DNA of 64,000 nucleotides from Eledone cirrhosa. Taxonomy: Eukaryota. The stretch is taken from assembly GCA_964016885.1 (NCBI GenBank), contig OZ024752.1:37200001-37264000 (forward strand), written 5' to 3'. Shown here piece after piece: positions 1 to 64,000 of the stretch (the stretch's first letter is position 1; every line of letters starts with the position of its first letter). A program made the translations under genes and the position numbers. Below the pieces are notes generated by a model, which saw only the letters and a program-made list of their open reading frames with translations, did no database searches and was not told the DNA's origin.

Positions 1-3000
1 TGACAAATGGACGCTGTACGAGCAATGGCCATTTTTTACGCAATAAACGCTACATAGTTTTTTTTATCGTATTGACATGCGTCAGGACAATAGCTTGGTC
101 CATCATTGATTAATGGAAAACACTATTCTATGTGTTTTGCAATAATAATTGTTTCTACTTTTGGCACAAGACCATCAATTACCCAGTACATTACTGGTAC
201 TTTATTTTATCGACCCCGTAAGGATGAAAGACAAAGTTAACCTCGGCGGGATTTGAACTCGGACCGTAAAGGTCCGTAAAGGGACGTAACTATGCTGGAA
301 AGCATGGCGTCCGACTCTCTACCGATACTGCCAGTCCACCGTGTTTTGCAATAATAATCTTCCTCTTCTTCTTAGGAGGACCGTGGAAGCAGCGTCCTCA
401 AACACTCCTTCCATGGGGTCCTGCATGAAGAGTTGAGCTCATGGATGTTATCCAACCATCTTGATAATGTATTTTTTTTTTTTTTTGCTTGCTCTATATA
501 ATCGGACCTTATCTCTTTGCTAATATGTACTTATATTTGTCCCAACAAAGTCTTGTAGATCTTTTTGGGTCTTCCATCAGTTTTTCATTTGTTGTTCGTA
601 GAACTGGAAACTTCAATATGACGTAAACGGAGACGATGATGATTATGAAATGACCTCCTCCATGCCGTCTCTTGGGGGACACTTAATATATTTTTGTTAG
701 TTTTCGTTGTTTTCAGCTATATGCCACCCCTATACGCTTTCCCCCATCTATTCGTTCTTGTCAAAAGACGTTGTGGTGACACTATTAGTTTTAAGGGCGG
801 TGGATTGGCAGTATCGGTAGAGGGTCGGACGCCATTCTTTGTAGCATAGAGTTACGTCCCTTTACGGTCTGAGTTCAAATCCCGTCGAGGTTAACTTTGC
901 CTTTCATCCTTACGGGGTGGTCGATAAAATAAAGTACCAGTAATTCACTGGGGAAATTGCTGGCCTTGTGCCAAACGTATAAACAATTATTAGTTTTAAC
1001 TTCAGGTTCATGTCCAGGTCTTGAAATCTAGGGAAAGAGGAGGTAAAATATTCAATGGTTTCTGAAACTGTAGGAACTTACAAGACTGAAACTTATGGCC
1101 TTGTATGGACCCATAACTCCCGACGGAGAAGTAGGGTTGCTATATTGACAGACGATGTTTCTGTGGCATTAAAAAAAATAATAATAATCTAACGGAGCCC
1201 ATTTCGTCTCCAGGTTGAACACAACAGATTCTTCCAGAGAATAGTGAAAGTGAGAAAGAGATACAGAGGAAGAATCGACCCCAGTATTAGACTGGTATAT
1301 GGGTATGGGAAAAGTAAAGCGAAACATGCAGTGGTGGTGGTGGTAGTGTTAGTGGTGGTGATGGTAGTGTTAGTGGTGGTGGTAGTGTGTAGTAGTGGTG
1401 GTAGTGTGTAGTAGTGGTGGTGATAGTGTTAGTAGTGGAGGTAGTGTGTAGTAGTGGTGGTAGTATCAGTAGTGGTGGTAGTATTAGTGGTGGTGGTAGG
1501 AGTGGTGGTGGTGTTTATCCGACATCTTGTTTTAAGTTACCATTTTTCTGTAGTTTAGTTGTGGGATTTTCCTAAAAATCACCCTCCACTCTTTAAATTA
1601 AGGAAAGACACATTCAATTATATAACCATAGGTATGACATGAACCTGTAACTCCTGATGGAATCGTAGTGGTGCCATATTGGCATACAGCATTTTTGGGG
1701 CATTTTTAGATCGTGCGGAGCCCATCTCCTCCCCGGGTGGGTCAGAGTACAGCAGATTTCTTCTACAGAAGGATAAAGAGTGAGAGAAAGAAAGTGGGAA
1801 AGAGATATAGAGGAAGAATCTATCCCAGTACTAGACTGGTACGTTTTTTTATAAACTTTGAATGGTTGAAAGACAAAGCTGACTCCGACGGGATTTGAAC
1901 TGAGAAAGCAGAGAGGCTGAATGAATACCACAAGGCATTCTATTCGACGTTGTAACGACTCTGCAATTCGCCGCCTATAATAATTAATTGTTTCTACTTT
2001 AGGCACAGGGCCAGCAATTACCCAGTGTATTACTGGTACTTTATTTTATCGACCCCGTAAGGATGAAAGGCAAAGTCAACCTCGGCGGGATTTGAACCCA
2101 GATCGTAAAAAGACGTAACTATGCTGCAAAGCATGGAATCCGACCCTCTACTGAAACTGCCAATCCACTGCAAATAATTGTTTCTACTTTAGGCACAAGG
2201 CCAGTAATCACCCAGTGCATTACTGGTACTTTATTTTATCAACCTCGTAAGGATGAAAGGCAAAGTAAACCTCAAATAATGATAACAAAAATGTTGGAAT
2301 GTTACCTTGTCGTTGTTTAATAGTCCTTGATATTTCGGGATAGAATCATTTCATCGAAAGAAGAATTGAGGAAACTAATTTATCGCAAGATAATTTGTAT
2401 CATTCTTACGATGCAATTTTTTTATTTGAAAATGGCAGGTTTTTTTCCTCCTAAACCGGAAATGGTGAATGGATCACGTGACATGTGTGAGAACTATACG
2501 GGAAGTTATTTTAGGTAAAAGAATTTGTATTTAATGGTAAATTAGTTGAAACTATTTGGCATTACAATCGACTATTTTCACAAAAAATTGCAAAACGGCA
2601 CAATGAACTTTTCAGCTGATATATTGGAATGATGGCGAAATTAATGAAATAAATGATTTTATTTCTAATTAATTTAATTAACAACTGTTGTTATTAAAGG
2701 AGACGGCGATTGTGATCCAGAATGAGCGTTGAAACATGTTTTGATCGTAGCTTGATATTGTAGAAACGAAGTTGAACGATGTAACAAAGAATTTGATATT
2801 TAGTCAAACATACTGAAAAAGAAAGTAGTATTGGAAAGGACTATAAATGCTATAAATGAGAAGAAAAGTAGGGAAAGGGCAAGGGTTATTAAGCAACGAA
2901 TGAAAGGAAAGGGGGTCGGTGCCATATTTCTTTCTTTTTCCATAACTCCCGAGGGAGCCATAAAGGCGCTGTATTTACATACAGCGTTTCTAGAACATTT

Positions 3001-3704
3001 TGTTTTGTTTTTTAACCTAGCAGAGCGTATCTCATCTCCAGGTTTGAATACAACAGATTTCTTCTAGAGAAGGATAGAGAGAGAGTGAGAGAATGGAAGA
3101 GAGAAAGAGACATAGAGGAAGAATCGACACCAGTATTAGACTGGTACTTTTTTTAATCAACCTGAAATGGATGAAAAGCAAAGTAGACCTTGGTGGGATT
3201 TGAGCTCAGAGAGCAAAGAACCGGAACGAATATAGCAAAGAATTCTATCTGATGTTCTAACGACTCTGCTAATTTTCCACCTTAGGGGGTGCCATAGAAT
3301 CAATAAAAACAGTCGTTCATTTTGCATCAACCTAAGATAAGAAGAGAAGAGTCAGTATGCTCTTGTAGAACCAATATAGACCTAATATAATTCTGTCGTA
3401 TAATTTAATATCAAACAAAATGAAAATGAAATACAGTGGAAATTCTCTTTCAATGCATCCAGTTGTCCATGTATATTTAAAAATCGATAAATTGCTATTG
3501 GGCTCAATTATAAGACTCATACAAGGTGTGAATATTAATATTATTCAAAATATTTACCTCTATGTATATTTTCATGTATTAGAAGAAAGTGCTACATGCA
3601 AAAGCACAGGATAACTTCTATAATCTATCGGCACAAAATATTTCATTTTCAGTTTTATCATAGAAGGAACATTTTAGCCATTAAATACACAGACATGCAC
3701 ACTC

Positions 3705-3966
3705 ATACATACCAATGGCACTATACATACATACCAATGGCACTATACATACATACCAATGGCACTATACATACATACCAATGGCACTATACATACATAC
3801 TAATGGCACTATACATACATACCAATGGCACTATACATACATACCAATGGCACTATACATACATACCAATGGCACTATACATACATACCAATGGCACTAT
3901 ACATACATACCAATGGCACTATACATACATACCAATGGCACTATACATACATACCAATGGCACTAT
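3705..3966. repeat. 22-bp minisatellite x~12 (ACCAATGGCACTATACATACAT)
   Basis: Direct reading; it produces the spurious ORFs 3596-4354 and 3715-4014. Confidence 0.95.
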
Positions 3967-4039
3967 AAAACAAGGTCATTCAGAAGTGTTGTTTCCTGTC
4001 AACCATCATGCTGACTTTCCAAAGACTACACTAGTTTCC

Positions 4040-4175
4040 CTACTTACCACCATAGGCGCTGAGCTGGCCAGCCGCAGGTGTGAGCCTCGCGAGATCGAAC
4101 GGCTCTTCCAGCGCATCTCCCTTATCATCCTCCAGGGAAACGCCTTCTCCATTCTGTCCGCCAGGGCTGTGCGGA
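4040..4175 (+). mobile_element. Fragment resembling the C-terminus of a CRE-clade (restriction-like endonuclease) non-LTR element
   Basis: GC-rich island translating IGAELASRRCEPREIERLFQRISLIILQGNAFSIL (FQRxS..IQxGNAxxI pattern). Confidence 0.55.
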
Positions 4176-5299
4176 GGCCAGCACGTGGGATCCCATTTGC
4201 TCACTATACAGAGAGATGGGGAGGGCGAGAGAGAGATGGGGAGGGCGAGAGAGAGATGGGAGGGCGAGAGAGAGAGATGGAGGCGATGACAGTGGGAGTT
4301 CGGCTCTTCCACGTTCGGACCATATCCTTGTGGTTGTGTTTATCATCTATATAGAAAATATTAGTTATCGATTGTAAATAAAGTTTGAGTTTCAGAATTA
4401 TTTTATTACACTTTTGTAAAATATTTTGTTGATCATCGGACTGCCTGATTTCCTGAAAAATCGATTTTTTTTTTTCTTTTATGTTTGTCCTGTTGATGAA
4501 ATCAAGTAGTTGAATAAGAAAGAAGAAAACATCGACCATTGATTCTTCTTAAAATTTACTTCCATTTTCCTCCTGGGCCTTTAATTATAGAATGTTTTCG
4601 GATGTCACAAGAATCTTAGAACCTCGCACCTTTCATCAAAAGCAAGAAGAGGAATACCTTAATTAAAAATTACTGGTATTTTTCCTTTCACCATAAAAGC
4701 ATTCTGTTGTTTTGCTTTACATGAGAGTTGGTTGACAAGTTCATAGGTTGACTATGAAGGAGTGATGCTAGTGCTATGAAATCTTACATGCATTAATTTC
4801 AACTCTTATTATTAATTGCATTGTTTCTTTCCAAGGACTATGTTGAAAAATAAATCTCATTTGATCATTTCACGAGAGTACCTTAGTCAGGCTATGAAGG
4901 AGCGATGCTAGAGCTCTGAAATCTAGCATACATTTTCTTCTTAATAACTGCATTGTTTCTTTCCAAGGATTATGTTGAACAATAAACCTCATTTGATCAT
5001 TTTATGGAAGTACCTTGGTTAGGAGTAATGCTAGAGCTGTGAAATCTTGCATACATTAATTTCAGTTCTTCTTTATTGATAACTCCATTGTTTCTTTCCA
5101 GGGACTATATTGAAAAATAAACCTCATTTGATCATTCCGTGAGAGTATCTTGGTCAGCATATGATTTCAGCCGACACTCATATATCATTTTATATTGATT
5201 GTACAAAATACGAATTAATTATACGAAAATAAAATGATCAAAAAAAAAAAAAAAAAAGAAAAATGAAAAGAATGGCAGCAAGACATTTTTTTTTATAGG

Positions 5300-63615
<58,316 letters not shown>

Positions 63616-64000
63616 GATGCTGAAATGAAAAAAAAAAAAAAATAAATAAAATAATTTATTAATTAAATTTAATATAATTACAAAAATATATAACATTAAC
63701 TCTACATGAGAAAAGTTAATGTAGTTTAACTCTTTAACATTTAAAATGGCCATATCCGTCCAGAATTCATGAAGCAATGTCTTTCAAAAAAACCTTTAGA
63801 ACTAAGCAATCCTTCAAAAACACCTGTAAACTTAAGCAATTCCTTTAAAAAAACCCATTAGACCTTTTCATTAGACCTTTTCAAAAATACCTTTAGACCC
63901 TTTAGCATTTAAACCAGCTGTATCCGGTCAGAATTCTCTCACCTTTTTCTGTTTAAACTGGCTGTAACCAGTTGCTCATACTGATGTTAAGGTATTGTTT

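Noticed and set aside
3596-4354. 252-aa ORF
   Set aside because: Chance read-through of a 22-bp minisatellite into a retroelement relic.

Overview
This is AT-rich, repeat-dense eukaryotic DNA; the SINE and LINE families suggest an octopod cephalopod (inference). Nearly the whole window (8262-63619, minus strand) is one intron-rich gene that the ORF track only partly shows. It has 8 coding exons, all joined by phase-1 introns, giving a ~378-aa secreted pleiotrophin/midkine-family protein: signal peptide, one PTN/MK N-terminal domain, five PTN/MK C-terminal-type domains and a divergent terminal domain. A candidate 66-nt GC-AG linker exon may add 22 aa. The introns hold tRNA-derived SINEs, RTE and Tx1 LINE relics, piggyBac- and mariner-type MITEs and minisatellites; a CRE-like LINE relic lies just beyond the gene's 3' end. 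The most striking non-coding signal is a set of short (TA)n-embedded, often fold-back elements carrying about 20 hammerhead-ribozyme motifs, probably Penelope-like element termini. One family (4 copies) has its three hammerhead strands in a non-circularly permuted order, supported by compensatory base changes. Other oddities are a 69-bp minisatellite that repeats an exon's 5' splice site and Tx1 insertions stacked in a (GATA)n tract. Most long ORFs in the supplied track are microsatellite artefacts.
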